DNA from: Squalus acanthias | Lineage: Eukaryota | Length of the DNA stretch: 64,000 bases | Reading direction: 5' to 3' | NCBI GenBank assembly: GCA_030390025.1 | Contig: CM059432.1 | Span: 50,408,001-50,472,000, forward strand | Shown: positions 50,833 to 61,856 of the stretch, piece by piece | How positions within the stretch are numbered: position 1 is the stretch's first letter | How the letters are laid out: each line of letters opens with the position of its first letter | Program-made: the position numbers and the translations under genes | The notes under the pieces: generated by a model | Told to the model about the DNA's origin: nothing | The model's database searches: none | The model's input: the letters and a program-made list of their open reading frames with translations, nothing else

Positions 50833-51119
50833 ACTCTTTCAAATAAATAAGCAAAATGCTGTATATTCATATTTCACATGATTCATTATTAATGCATTAT
50901 TGACCTTTCTGAAGATGTATGCTTCTTCACAACATAATCATCATGAATGATGCAGTTCAATAGTGTACAATAATCAACTTATTTTATTTTTTGTTTATTA
51001 TAATTACTTCCAGTGGCTATGCCTGATGGTCTTGAAATGTAAAACATATAATACAAAAAAAAAAGCCATTCCAGTAGTGAACTTCTCGTATAGTGAGAAA
51101 ATTCAGCTACAAATAAGGC

Positions 51120-51783
51120 TCACTGTCTTAGCTCAGTGGTAGCATGCTCACCTGAATCAGAAGGTTACAGGTTCAAGCCCCACTCCAGGATTTGTCCACA
51201 TAATCTATTCTAGGCTAATATCCCAGTGAGGTACTGGAGGAGTGCTGTGTTGTTGGAGGAGCTGTCTTTCAGGTGAAATTTTAAACTGAGGTCCCATCTG
51301 CCGATTTAAATTGGCATAAAAGATCCTACTAGACTATTCAAAGAAGAGCAGGGGAGATCTCCTGGTGTCCTAACTAATGTTTATCCCTCAACCAACACCT
51401 ATTGAAAATAGATTAATTGGTCATTCTTCACATTGCTGCTTGTGAAGCCTTGCTGTGTGTACTCTTTTGGGTACGAACAAATAAACTGTAAATTAACAAA
51501 AATACATTAAATGAAACTTAACAAATTAAATTAAACTTTGATTGTCCGGGGTGATGATGCACTCCAGTCCCCATGGTGCCCACCGGTCGCAGGAAGGCCT
51601 CGAGCGTGCCAGCGGAAACCGCGTGCTCCGTCTCCAGCGCCACCCTTGCTGTGTGTAAATTGGCTGCCGTGTTTCCTACATTACAACAGTGACTACATTT
51701 TAAAAGTAATTTATTAACCATTATGCACTTTGGGAAATCCTGAAGGTGTAAAAAGCAGTATATAGATGCAAGTTCTTTCTTTC
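51120..51783 (+). mobile_element. Deu-type SINE interrupted at 51462-51643
   Basis: tRNA-like head, Deu core and L2-like tail. Confidence 0.85.
51462..51643 (-). mobile_element. Tx1/L1-like LINE 3' end
   Basis: VALETEHAVSAGTLEAF..RWAP..LECII C-terminal remnant; 14-bp TSD CCTTGCTGTGTGTA (51448-51461; 51644-51657). Clade call is from memory of similar C-termini. Confidence 0.6.
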
Positions 51784-51943
51784 TGTGCTGCCCATTGGCT
51801 ATTATTGCCATGTCCTAGTCATTTAACTGAACCCAGGTGGCTCTATATTCAGTGTCACCATACAGCCATATGGAGCAACGATCCAATCAATCAAATTACT
51901 TTGTGCTATGGCAATCGACTATGGCTCAATGACCATCAGAAAG

Positions 51944-52140
51944 GAGAAGTCGCACAACACCAGGTTATAGTCCAACAGTTTTATTTGAAATCACGAGCTT
52001 TCGGAGCTCTGCTCCTTCCTGACGAAGGAGCAGCGCTCCGAAAGCTCGTGATTTCAAATAAAACTGTTGGACTGTAACCTGGTGTTGTGCGACTTCTCAT
52101 TTTTGTCCACCCCAGTCCAACACCAGCATCTCCACATCAT
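51944..52140. mobile_element. Palindromic PLE family B mini-insertion (inverted 3' ends, hammerhead core 52019-52051)
   Basis: Minus arm 51944-52017, plus arm 52018-52140; TSD CATCAGAAAGG / CATGAGAAAGG. Confidence 0.88.
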
Positions 52141-52985
52141 CATGAGAAAGGTGTGCACAGACTTCAGCCTTGAAACTACAGTGTGCAAATATTATTTTAA
52201 TATAGATTACTGACCCCAGTAAAATAACAAGCAAAGGAATTGCATATGCACACATTAAGAGCTGACACTTTAATCTTCACACAGCTGAATTTTAAGGCCT
52301 CAATGGGTTTTAACTGTATGAATTATAACGTCAACATAGGAATTTGAGACAATGTGGCATCTGTGAGGAATTTCATTCAGAGGAGATTTTCTGTTCAAAC
52401 TATAGACAGGGATCAGGTTTTTGTGACATATGCAAAACATTTAAAGGATACTTACTGAAAACAAAATTAAGAAAAAAAATTGAAAAGCCCTTCTATTGCA
52501 GGCTAAACGTAAGCTTCCATATGTTTGTAATACAGACCTAATTGGTTTCAACTTGTGTAATTTATTGGGGCCAAAGTACTTGGTTTTTGATTCGCTGGAT
52601 ATGAACTAAGACCCATTATAACATTAAACTCCTACTGTTAACACTTTTTTGAACATACTATATGAGACTCTAATGCTAGTGGTGAGGGTCTGATTTTTTT
52701 TAAATTCAGGTTTTCAAGTGCGCTTCCAGGAAAAGCTGGCCTTTCAGTTAGCATGTAATGGATTTGCGGATCTCATATTTAGTGTCAGCTTTGGCTCAGT
52801 TGTACTACCCATACCTCTGAGTCAAAATGTTGTTGTTTCAAGCTGCACTCCGGAGACTTAAGCACATCATTTACGCTGGCACTTCAGCACAGTACTGAGG
52901 GAGTGCTGCATTGTCGGAGATGTTGTCTTTTGGATGAGACATTAAACTGAGGCCCCGTTTGCCCTCTCAGGTGGACATAAAAGAA

Positions 52986-53646
52986 CCTGGCTTCCCATCT
53001 TCCACCCTTCATAAACCTGAGCTCATCCAAAACACTGCTACCCGTATCCTAACTCGCACCAAATCCCGTTCACCCATCACCTATGTGCCCTGTCATTTCT
53101 TTTGGCCTTGTGCAGCCACTTTAAGGGGCTGCGCGGGCTATTCAAAATAACGCGCATGCACGGTTTTTACATTGAAATGCTGACAAGCCCGCTGCACGGG
53201 TTCAATGGAGCAGTGCTCACTGACCCACATTGGCTCCCGGCCCAGCAATGCCTCAATTTTAAAATTCTCATCCCTCCATGGCCTCGCCCCTCCCTATCTC
53301 TGTAACCTCCTCCAGCCCTACAACCATTCCCCCAACCCCCCAAGATCTCTACACACCTCCAATTCTGACCTCTTCTGCATTCCCTGTTTTAATCGCTCTA
53401 CCACTGGCACTGTGCTTTCAGCTGCCTAGGCCCTAAACTTTGGAATTCCCTCCCTAAACCTCTCTACTTATCTCTCCTCCTTTAAGGCGCTCCTTAAAAC
53501 CTACCTCTTTGTCCAAGCTTTTGATCATCTGTCCTAATATCTCCTTATGTGGCTCGGTGTCAAAATTTGTTTGATAACGCTCCTGTGAAGTGCCTTTGGA
53601 TGTTTTACTATGTTAAAGGCGCTATATAAATGCAAGTTGTTGTTGT
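52986..53646 (+). mobile_element. L2 LINE 3' end, with a ~120-bp insert at ~53090-53210
   Basis: ELIQNTATRILTRTK..HW..FKIL..GLAPPYL; tail GCTATATAAATGCAAG(TTG)n. Confidence 0.85.
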
Positions 53647-53779
53647 TATTGTTACTATTTGAAGAAGAGCAGAGGAATTCTTCCTGGTTTCTTGGCCAAT
53701 ATTTATCCATAAACCAATATTACTACAAAAGTGAGACGTCGCACAACACCAGGTTATAGTCCAACAGTTTTATTTGAAA

Positions 53780-53817
53780 TCACAAGCTTTCGGAGTTGCT
53801 GCCCCTTCGTCAGGTGA
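53780..53817 (-). ncRNA. Hammerhead motif (family B)
   Basis: UCAC-CUGACGA-A-GGGGC-AGCA-ACUCC-GAAA-GC-UU-GUGA (one stem II mismatch). Confidence 0.75.
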
Positions 53818-55484
53818 AGTAAAGGAATACGAATCGACAAAGCATATATAGACAGAGAACAATGCATGTGTAGCGTACAATGTCAGATGACTACATTTAA
53901 TCCTCCTGACTGCCTTTCGTCACACCTCGGCAGAGAAACAATCAGGTCAGCCAGGAAGGCACCACATCAAAGACATAGCACGATACAACTGAGACAATGA
54001 GGTCACAGGGGGTCTAATGTGTCTGTATGGAAAACCATAAACATTAAAATTTTTAATTTTTTTTACTGGAAATCATATCTGTGAACAAGCCAACGACGAC
54101 TCGAGTCTGGATGACTCTACGTCATGTAGCGTGACATGAACCCTAGATCCCGGTTGAGGCCATCCTCATGAGTGCGGAACTTGGCTATCAGTTTCTGCTC
54201 GATGATTTTGCGTTGTCGTGTGTCTCGAAGGCCGCCTTGGAGAACACTTACCCGCAGATCCGAGGCTGAATGTCCTTGACTGCTGAAGTGTTCCCCGACT
54301 GGGAGGGAACACTCCTGCCTGGTGATTGTTGCGTGGTGTCCGTTCATACGTTGTCTCAGTGTCTGCATGGTCTCGCCGATGTACCATGCTCTGGGGCATC
54401 CTTTCCTGCAACGAATCAGGTAGACAACATTGGCCAAGTCACATGAGTATGTACCATGTACCTGGTGGGTAGTGTCCTCACGTGTGATGATGGTATCTGT
54501 GTTGATGATCTGGCATGTCTTGCAGAGGTTGCCGTGGCAGGGTTGTGTGGTGTCGTGGTCGCTGTTATCCTGAAAGCTGGGTAATTTTCTGCGAACTATG
54601 GTACTTCTGAGGTTAGGCGGCTGTTTGAAGGCGAGTAGTGGAGGCGTGGGGATGGCCTTAGCGAGGTGTTCGTCGTCATCGATGACATGTTGAAGGCTGC
54701 GAAGAACATGGCGTAGTTTCTCCACTCCGGGGAAGTACTGGACGACGTAGGGTACCCTGTTGGTTGTGTCCCATGTTCGCCTTCTGAGGAGGTCTATGCG
54801 ATTTTTCGCTGTGGCCCGTCGGAACTGTCGATCGATGAGTCGAGCGTCATATCCCGTTCTTACGAGGGCGTTTTTCAGCGTCCGTAGGTGCCCATCGCAT
54901 TCCTCCTCGTCTGAGCAGATCCTGTGTATTCTCGGGGCTTGTCCATAGGGGATGGCTTCTTTAATGTGGTTAGGGTGGAAGCTGGAGAAGTGGAGCAACC
55001 CAGTCGGGGAACACTTCAGCAGTCAAGGACATTCAGCCTCGGATCTGCGGGTAAGCGTTCTCCAAGGCGGCCTTCGAGACACACGACAACGCAAAATCAT
55101 CGAGCAGAAACTGATAGCCAAGTTCCGCACTCATGAGGACGGCCTCAACCGGGATCTAGGGTTCATGTCACGCTACATGACGTAGAGTCATCCAGACTCG
55201 AGTCGTCGTTGGCTTGTTCACAGATATGATTTCCAGTAAAAAAATGTAAAAATTTTAAAGTTTATGGTTTTCCATACAGACACATTAGACCCCCTGTGAC
55301 CTCATTGTCTCAGTTGTATCTTGCTATGTCTTTGATGTGGTGCCTTCCTGGCTGACCTGATTGTTTCTCTGCCGAAGTGTGACGAAAGGCAGTCAGGAGG
55401 ATTAAATGTAGTCGTCTGATATTGTACGCTACACATGCATTGTTCTCTGTCTATATATGCTTTGTCGATTCGTATTCCTTTACT

Positions 55485-55522
55485 TCACCTGACGAAGGGG
55501 CAGCAGCTCCGAAAGCTTGTTA
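55485..55522 (+). ncRNA. Hammerhead motif (family B)
   Basis: UCAC-CUGACGA-A-GGGGC-AGCA-GCUCC-GAAA-GC-UU-GUUA (stem I mismatch). Confidence 0.72.
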
Positions 55523-57269
55523 TTTCAAATAAAACTGTTGGACTATAACCTGGTGTTGTGCGACTTCTCACTTTTGTCCACCCCAGTCCAACACCGGCAT
55601 CTCCGCATCATGGCCAATATTACTACAACAGATTACCTGGTCAATATATCGTTACTGTTTGTGGGACCTTGTTGTGTCCAAATTGGCTGCTGTTTTTCAC
55701 TACATTACAATAGTTACTACACTTCAATTGTCTGTAAAGCACTTTGGGATTTCCTGAGGTTGTGAAAGGCGCTATATAAATGCAAGGTCTTTCATTCTTG
55801 GTATTTGATTAGTTTGGCTGAGAACAGCTTTCCGTTGACTAGAAGCATTCAGTGAATGATCAATAATCACTCTCAAATCCTTTCCTTTGTGACCAGACAC
55901 CTTTCATTGTGTGCACATGGTTGCTGTTTCCAGTTTCAACATGCATTACAATTACATTAAAATTATCTTGTCTTATTGAATCCTGGTTATCCCATTTCTA
56001 TTTGTCATCTGTCCCAGACCTTAGTATCATCAGCAAATTGTATCAAGCCTTGGTTTCTCATGCACTTGAAATATAGTATAATTAATTAAAAAAACAAAAA
56101 AGTTTTGAAGCATTTACTACGGCAGCAAGCTCTCAGGTAAATGTTAGAGTGAAAATGGTTTTAAATATCGCTGATTCCAACACCACCTGATCCCTAACAC
56201 GCATACACACCTCCACATAGAGAGACAATCTTAGTCTATTTTCATCAAAGCAAATGGCAAATACAAAATGCATTGCCTGTGATGTATTTACAAATAAATT
56301 GTATCTGCAAGATTTCCACAAGGACTATTTGCAGGAAATAAAAACATTCTAGAAATAGCCTTGCGTGTCAGAAGTGTTTTGAAAATCAGTCCCAGGACCT
56401 CAAAACAAACAACTTGTGTCATCTCATTGGGCTACCTTGGCAAAATATCCAGAAATCAATTTACATACTGCTAAACAAAGCAGCATGTGTTCAGTTTAAA
56501 ATAATGTTACTTCAGGGCATTTGGCAATATGTCAGAAATATAAAACGACTTGAACTGCCCTTATAGGAATCCTGTCAAATAGGACTTTATCATTCATACT
56601 GCTCTGATCCACAAACAAGCACAGCTAGTGGAAACACTTTAAGAGTAGCACAAGTCTTTTTGTAAAGATCAAACATCTTGCCAATAGCTAGAAAGGTGTG
56701 AAATTAGCCACAACTTTACAAAGGCCTATAACAATTCTTATAAATAATGAGTCAGGGATGAAGTGAGCAAAGGGGAAAAGGTTCAAAATGGGATTTTGTT
56801 ATTTTATCTACCATTCAACTGCAGTTATAGTTGCATGCACTGTTGACTAATGGTCAATTAACCAAATAATCTTTGCACTGTAGCTGACCTGAAATGTCTT
56901 ACAGTATTATTAGGTGAAATATGCTCCCTTCTCTACACTATAAATTTTCACTGCATTTGCTTGTTAGGGAAAATGGCACTAGGCTAAATCTAAAGTCACT
57001 TTTCTTTTGCAGATTCAGATCATAAACATAAATCATATAAAAGTGCTCCTATTGATTAAAAGCAAGGGGCAATGTCACTGTGTTGGGAAGTTCTCAAGCG
57101 GGCTCAAACCTGCTAGGAAAACTTGTTCTGCAGCACCATCACAGCAAGTTGTGTTGCATCAGACTCTCTGTATTGCTTTTCTATTGCATTTTTCACAGTT
57201 TTTATCTGGCAATCCTTATAACCATGTATATCAAGCACAAGTAACCCGATAGTTTCCTGGAGGCACCCA

Positions 57270-57570
57270 TGTATGCTGGGGTTTGGCTCACCAGCATCAG
57301 CAGCTCTCTGGCACTTTGCACAGAAGTCACTATTCTTCGCTTTCCAGTAGCAGTCAGCAGTCATAGAATAACAATCAGGAGCAGAGACCCTGGATGTTCT
57401 TTTTCCTCCCTATCTCAAGCACCTAGAGGCCTATTGAAGTGCTCTAACATTGTCCCAGCTGATATTAGCTACCTTAGTGCAAAGAAGGGATTGAACCTAG
57501 GACCTTTCCTCCTCTGTATGGCTCAGATCCACACCAGAGAATGCACTTACCAACGCAACCATCAGTGGAG
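57270..57570 (-). mobile_element. Old tRNA-derived SINE
   Basis: Reverse-complement B-box AGGTCCTAGGTTCAATCCC near 57488-57506. Confidence 0.45.
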
Positions 57571-57689
57571 CCTGACACAAACATCTTTTCAGCAAGTCCA
57601 TAGAAATTACACCATAAGGAGTAAAGGACATTTAAGCTTTGTGGCAACATGTTAGAAAGTGCATATTTCCAGCAACATGTTGATTGGGA

Positions 57690-59420
57690 CAAGAAAATAT
57701 GTTAGATGGAGATCAACATGGGGAAGTGTGAAGTCATCCACTTTGGACCTGAGTAAGACACTGAAATATTTTCTGAATGAGAGAGACTAGGAGCTGTGGA
57801 GGAGCAAAGGGATTTATTTGTCCATGTACACATAACTAAACGTTACTGCACAAGTACAAAAAGTAATCAAAAAGGCTACTGGAATGTTGACTTTTTCTTC
57901 AGGGGGGGTGGAATATAAAAGTAAGGAAGTGATGCTTCAGTTGTACCGAGCTTTGATGAAATCCCACCTGGAGTTCTGCATTTAGTTTGGGCACCGAACC
58001 TCAAGAAAGAGAAACTAGCCTTGGAAGGGGTACAGCACAGATTCACCAGAAATTTACCAGGGCTTAAAGGGTTAAATTATGAGAACAGGTTGCATAAATT
58101 TTATTCAGTTTAAAAAGTCGAGGGGTGATCTAATCAGGGTGTTGAAAATGATAACGGATTTGATAGGGTACATACAGAGAAGTTATTCCCTCTGGCGAGG
58201 AAATCCAGAACAAGAGGGCACAATCTTAAAATTAGAGCTAAGTTATTTAGGAGTGAAATGAGGAAACACTTCTTCTCATAAAGAGCAGTGGAAATCACTC
58301 CCCAAAAGGCAATGGATGCTGAGTCAATTGACATTTTCAAGACCTGGATTGACAGATTGTCGTTAGGTCAGGATATCAAAGGATATGAATAAATGCAGGC
58401 AAATTAAGGCTTGCGGACGACACCAAATTGGGAGATGTAGTTAATACAGAGGAGGACTGTGACAAAATGCAGGACAACATTAATAAATTTGCAAAACGGG
58501 TGTGTAATTGGCAAATGAATTTCAATATAGATAAGTGTGAGGTAGTACATTTTGGTAGGAAGAATAAGGAGGCCACATAGTCCTTGGAAAATAAGTGTCT
58601 AAATGGGGTAGAGGAGCAGAAAGAATAGGGGGTCCAGATACACATATTACTAAAAGCAGCGATGCATGTTAATAAGGCCATAAAAAAGCAAACAACGCAC
58701 TGTGGTTCATTTCTAGAGGGATAGAATTGAAAAGCAGAGAAATTATGTTAAACTTGTATAGGACCTCGGTTAGACAACACTTGGAGTACTATGAACAGTT
58801 CTGGCCTTCATATTGAATAAAGGATATAGAGGCACTGGAGAAAGTGCAAAAATGATTTAATAGGCATAACCTCTCAGTTCTGGTATTGTTCTATCAGGAA
58901 AGATTGAACAGGCTGGGGCTTTTTCTCTAGAAAACAGAAGACTGAGGGGTGACCTGATAGAGGTCTTTAAGATTATGAAAGGGTTTGATAGGGTAGACGT
59001 ACAGAAGATGTTTCCACTTGCAGGGGAGACCAGAACTAGGGACCATACATATAAGGTAGTCCCTAAGGAATTCAGGAGAAATTTCTTTGCCCAGAGATTG
59101 TTTAGAATGTGGAACACTCTACCACAAAGAGTAGTGGAGGCAACTAGCATACATGCATTTAAGGACAAGCTAGATAAACACATGAGGGAGAAAGTAATAG
59201 AGGGATATGCTGATAGGGTTAGATGAAGAAGGGTGGGAAAAGGCTCATGTAGTGCATGAACACTGGCGTGGATCTGTTGGGCCGAATAGCCTGTTTCTAT
59301 GCTGTAAATACTATGTAATACAATGTAAAGGCGAGTAAATGGAGTTGAGGTACAGATCAGCTAAGATCTAATTGAATGGCGGCACAGGCTCAAGAGGCTG
59401 AATGGCCTACTCCTGTTCCT
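57690..59420 (+). mobile_element. Tandem CR1 3' fragments (57690-58400, 58410-59328, 59330-59420)
   Basis: ADDTKLG, RRLRGDLIEVFK, RRNFFAQRL and 3' UTR tails. Confidence 0.85.
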
Positions 59421-59432
59421 ATGTTTACATTG

Positions 59433-60128
59433 CAGACCATGCAGACACTGCGACAACGTATGAACGGACACCGCGCAACAATCGCCAGGCAGGAGTGTTA
59501 CCTCCCAGTCGGGGAACACTTCAGCAGTCAAGGACATTCAGCCTCCGATCTTCGGGTAAGCGTTCTCCAAGACGGCCTTCGAGACACACGACAACGCAAA
59601 ATCATCGAGCAGAAACTGATAGCCAAGTTCCGCACCCATGAGGACGGCCTCAACCGGGATCTTGGGTTCATGTCACGCCATATGTAACCCCACCTGACGT
59701 AGAGTCATCCAGACTCGAGTCGTTGTTGGCTTGTTCACAGATGTGATTTCCAGTAAAAAAAATTAAAAAGTTTAAAGTTTTTGGTTTTCCATACAGACTG
59801 CAGCCTCTGCCACATTTGACCCCTTGTGACCCCACCTCATTGTCTTTGTTGTATTTTGCTATCGTCTTTGATGTAATGTCTTCCTGACTGACCTGGTTGG
59901 ATTTGATTGCCGTGATTGTCTCTCTGCCGAGGTGTGATAAAGGGCAGTCAGAAAGATTAACTGTAGTCGTCTGGCATTGTTCTCTGCACAGGCATTGTTC
60001 TCTGACTATATATGCTGTGCCCATTTGTATTTCTTCACTTCACCTGACGAAGGAGCAGCCGCTCCGAAAGCTTGTGATTTCAAATTAAAGCTGTTGGACT
60101 ATAACCTGGTGTTGTGCGACTTCTCACT
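59433..60128 (+). mobile_element. PLE family B 3' fragment
   Basis: TMQTLRQRMNGH..GLNRDLGFMSRHM*; 13-bp TSD TATGTTTACATTG (59420-59432; 60129-60141). Confidence 0.92.
60040..60077 (+). ncRNA. Minimal hammerhead ribozyme motif, fully paired copy
   Basis: UCAC-CUGACGA-A-GGAGC-AGCC-GCUCC-GAAA-GC-UU-GUGA; predicted cleavage after 60073. Confidence 0.83.
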
Positions 60129-61139
60129 TATGTTTACATTGATCTTGTACATAATATAATACCATGCATTCAGGCTCATTAACACAAAGTTTATGGCTTG
60201 TTCCACTGTTAGTATTGCAATGTATAGATTCCACATTAATTGATCTAAACAGACAGTGTTGTGTTGTTCCCCTGCTTCATCACACACTTAAACTACAAAA
60301 GACTGTGCGCTTCTAAGCAAATGATTGTAGCTCATTTAAATTTTTATCACATCGAGTACAGTAAAAGTCAAACTCATTATCAGAATGCTTTTTGTAAACC
60401 AGCCACAACTCCCTTGCCAAAAATATCCTTTCGGAGCAATCACTTTTCATGTTCCAGACCTACTCAGATTACAATTAGTGCTTTTATCAAACAGCAAGAC
60501 ATTTCCTTGGGATTTTACACAGTTGGGAAAATTTGACTTAAGTCACGAGGCATCTGGAAATTCAGAATACAATACTGCAGAGATTCATTTCCTGTTAATT
60601 AGAGATACTGGATGCTTGTTAATGAGGACCAGGGCCTAATTTCAATGTCAAAATTCTTTGACCTTTACACTTTAACTGGTTTAGAAATGGAGGAAGGTAC
60701 AATGGTGTTCTCATTGTTGCGATTAATTTGTTGTAATGCAGATTGTGTCTGCTGCTGATGATTTATAATTTATAAGCTTGCCTGAAACACCCACTGAGAT
60801 AAATAAATTCCCAGTGAAATTAATAAATTCTCTTTCAAGGATAAGCAGGCCAATACACTGCAAATAACCTCGAATATAGTTGCACCTTTTGGTAACACCT
60901 TGGTATGAAATCGTATTGTGTAGTGTTAAGATGCAAAGACTTTTTTAAACCGATTCATGCCTCCATTAACTTAACAGCCACTGGAATACCATACAAAGGA
61001 ATAAAGAAAGAAACAGAAAAAAACAAAAGGGCAAACAGCACTAAGGAATAATGATGGGACAGGGTTGAACTGTTTATATACAAATGTTCGAAGTGTTAGG
61101 AATAAAATTAGGGAACTGAAAGCACTCATCATTAATGAT

Positions 61140-61723
61140 GTCATCAATTTTTCCCGACACTTAAAGAAGAATTTTAAGTCCCTTTGCCCAGTGAAAACTG
61201 GGTAGAACAGGAATTAAAATCCAAGAGGAACGCTTACCACACATTTCTCACCCTGTGGCTATTTTAACGCTGCTGTTTCCTTGGACATTCAGGCGTCTTC
61301 CTCATGAATACATGCAAATCAGGGTCCTATCACTTAGATAGGACCAGAATACAATTTTAACAGCTTACTAAGCGAAGTGTCCGCAGTGAATGCTCCGCTC
61401 AGTAAAACCTGGCAGATACCCAGCAGAGGCCTGCAAGGTAATTGTAAAGTTGACTTTTGTGGGCCCCGGAGGAGCAGAAAGTTTGAGCTGCTACTGCCCT
61501 TGCACCCCCCACCCCACTTACCTGACTGCCGGCCTCCAGGCTGCCGATCTTCGTAGACCCAAATCTGGAAACCTGCCTCTGGAAACCCATTTTGATTGGG
61601 CAGCTGACCGACAGGATGTTCATGAGGTCCAGCCATTAAAATGGATCAGGGTTCCAACTGCAGGTCCCGGGTGGGTTGTCCGTAATTTCCACTGGCTTCC
61701 AGCCTGAGAGTTAAAATGACTCC
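61140..61723. mobile_element. Degenerate non-autonomous Harbinger-like element
   Basis: Motif similarity to the reverse complement of 4370-4905; ends TTAAAATGACTCC. Confidence 0.4.
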
Positions 61724-61856
61724 TTAAGACTAGGAACTAAATTTTCATCATTGTAACATTTTGAGAGATAGAGAAAGCAAAAAAAACACAGGAAGAGGGT
61801 GTCATTATTAACTAAGGAATGCTTACATTAGAAAGAAGGGATATTATGAAAGGTAT

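Larger units (their letters stand above)
53725..55613. mobile_element. PLE family B with inverted terminal structure (minus 53725-54998, plus 54999-55613)
   Basis: ORF 54117-54998: PCHGNLCKTC, VYLIRCRKGC..WYIGET, GLNRD. 15-bp TSD CCAATATTACTACAA (53714-53728; 55614-55628). Confidence 0.93.
52785..55795 (+). mobile_element. Deu-type SINE fragmented by L2 and PLE insertions (52785-52985, 53653-53728, 55614-55795)
   Basis: SINE sequence resumes in register after each insert. Confidence 0.82.

Noticed and set aside
55176..55212. SECIS element (AUGA..GA hairpin after the PLE ORF)
   Set aside because: The stem is only 5 bp, there is no apical AA, AUGA arises from a deletion junction, and the visible ORF has no in-frame UGA.
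59689..60077. Cis heterodimer between the variant and canonical hammerheads
   Set aside because: The stem III segments (UCGU vs AGCU) are not complementary.
3825..60128. CRISPR-like dispersed palindromic repeats
   Set aside because: Not regularly spaced, no spacers or cas genes, eukaryotic context; explained as PLE ends.
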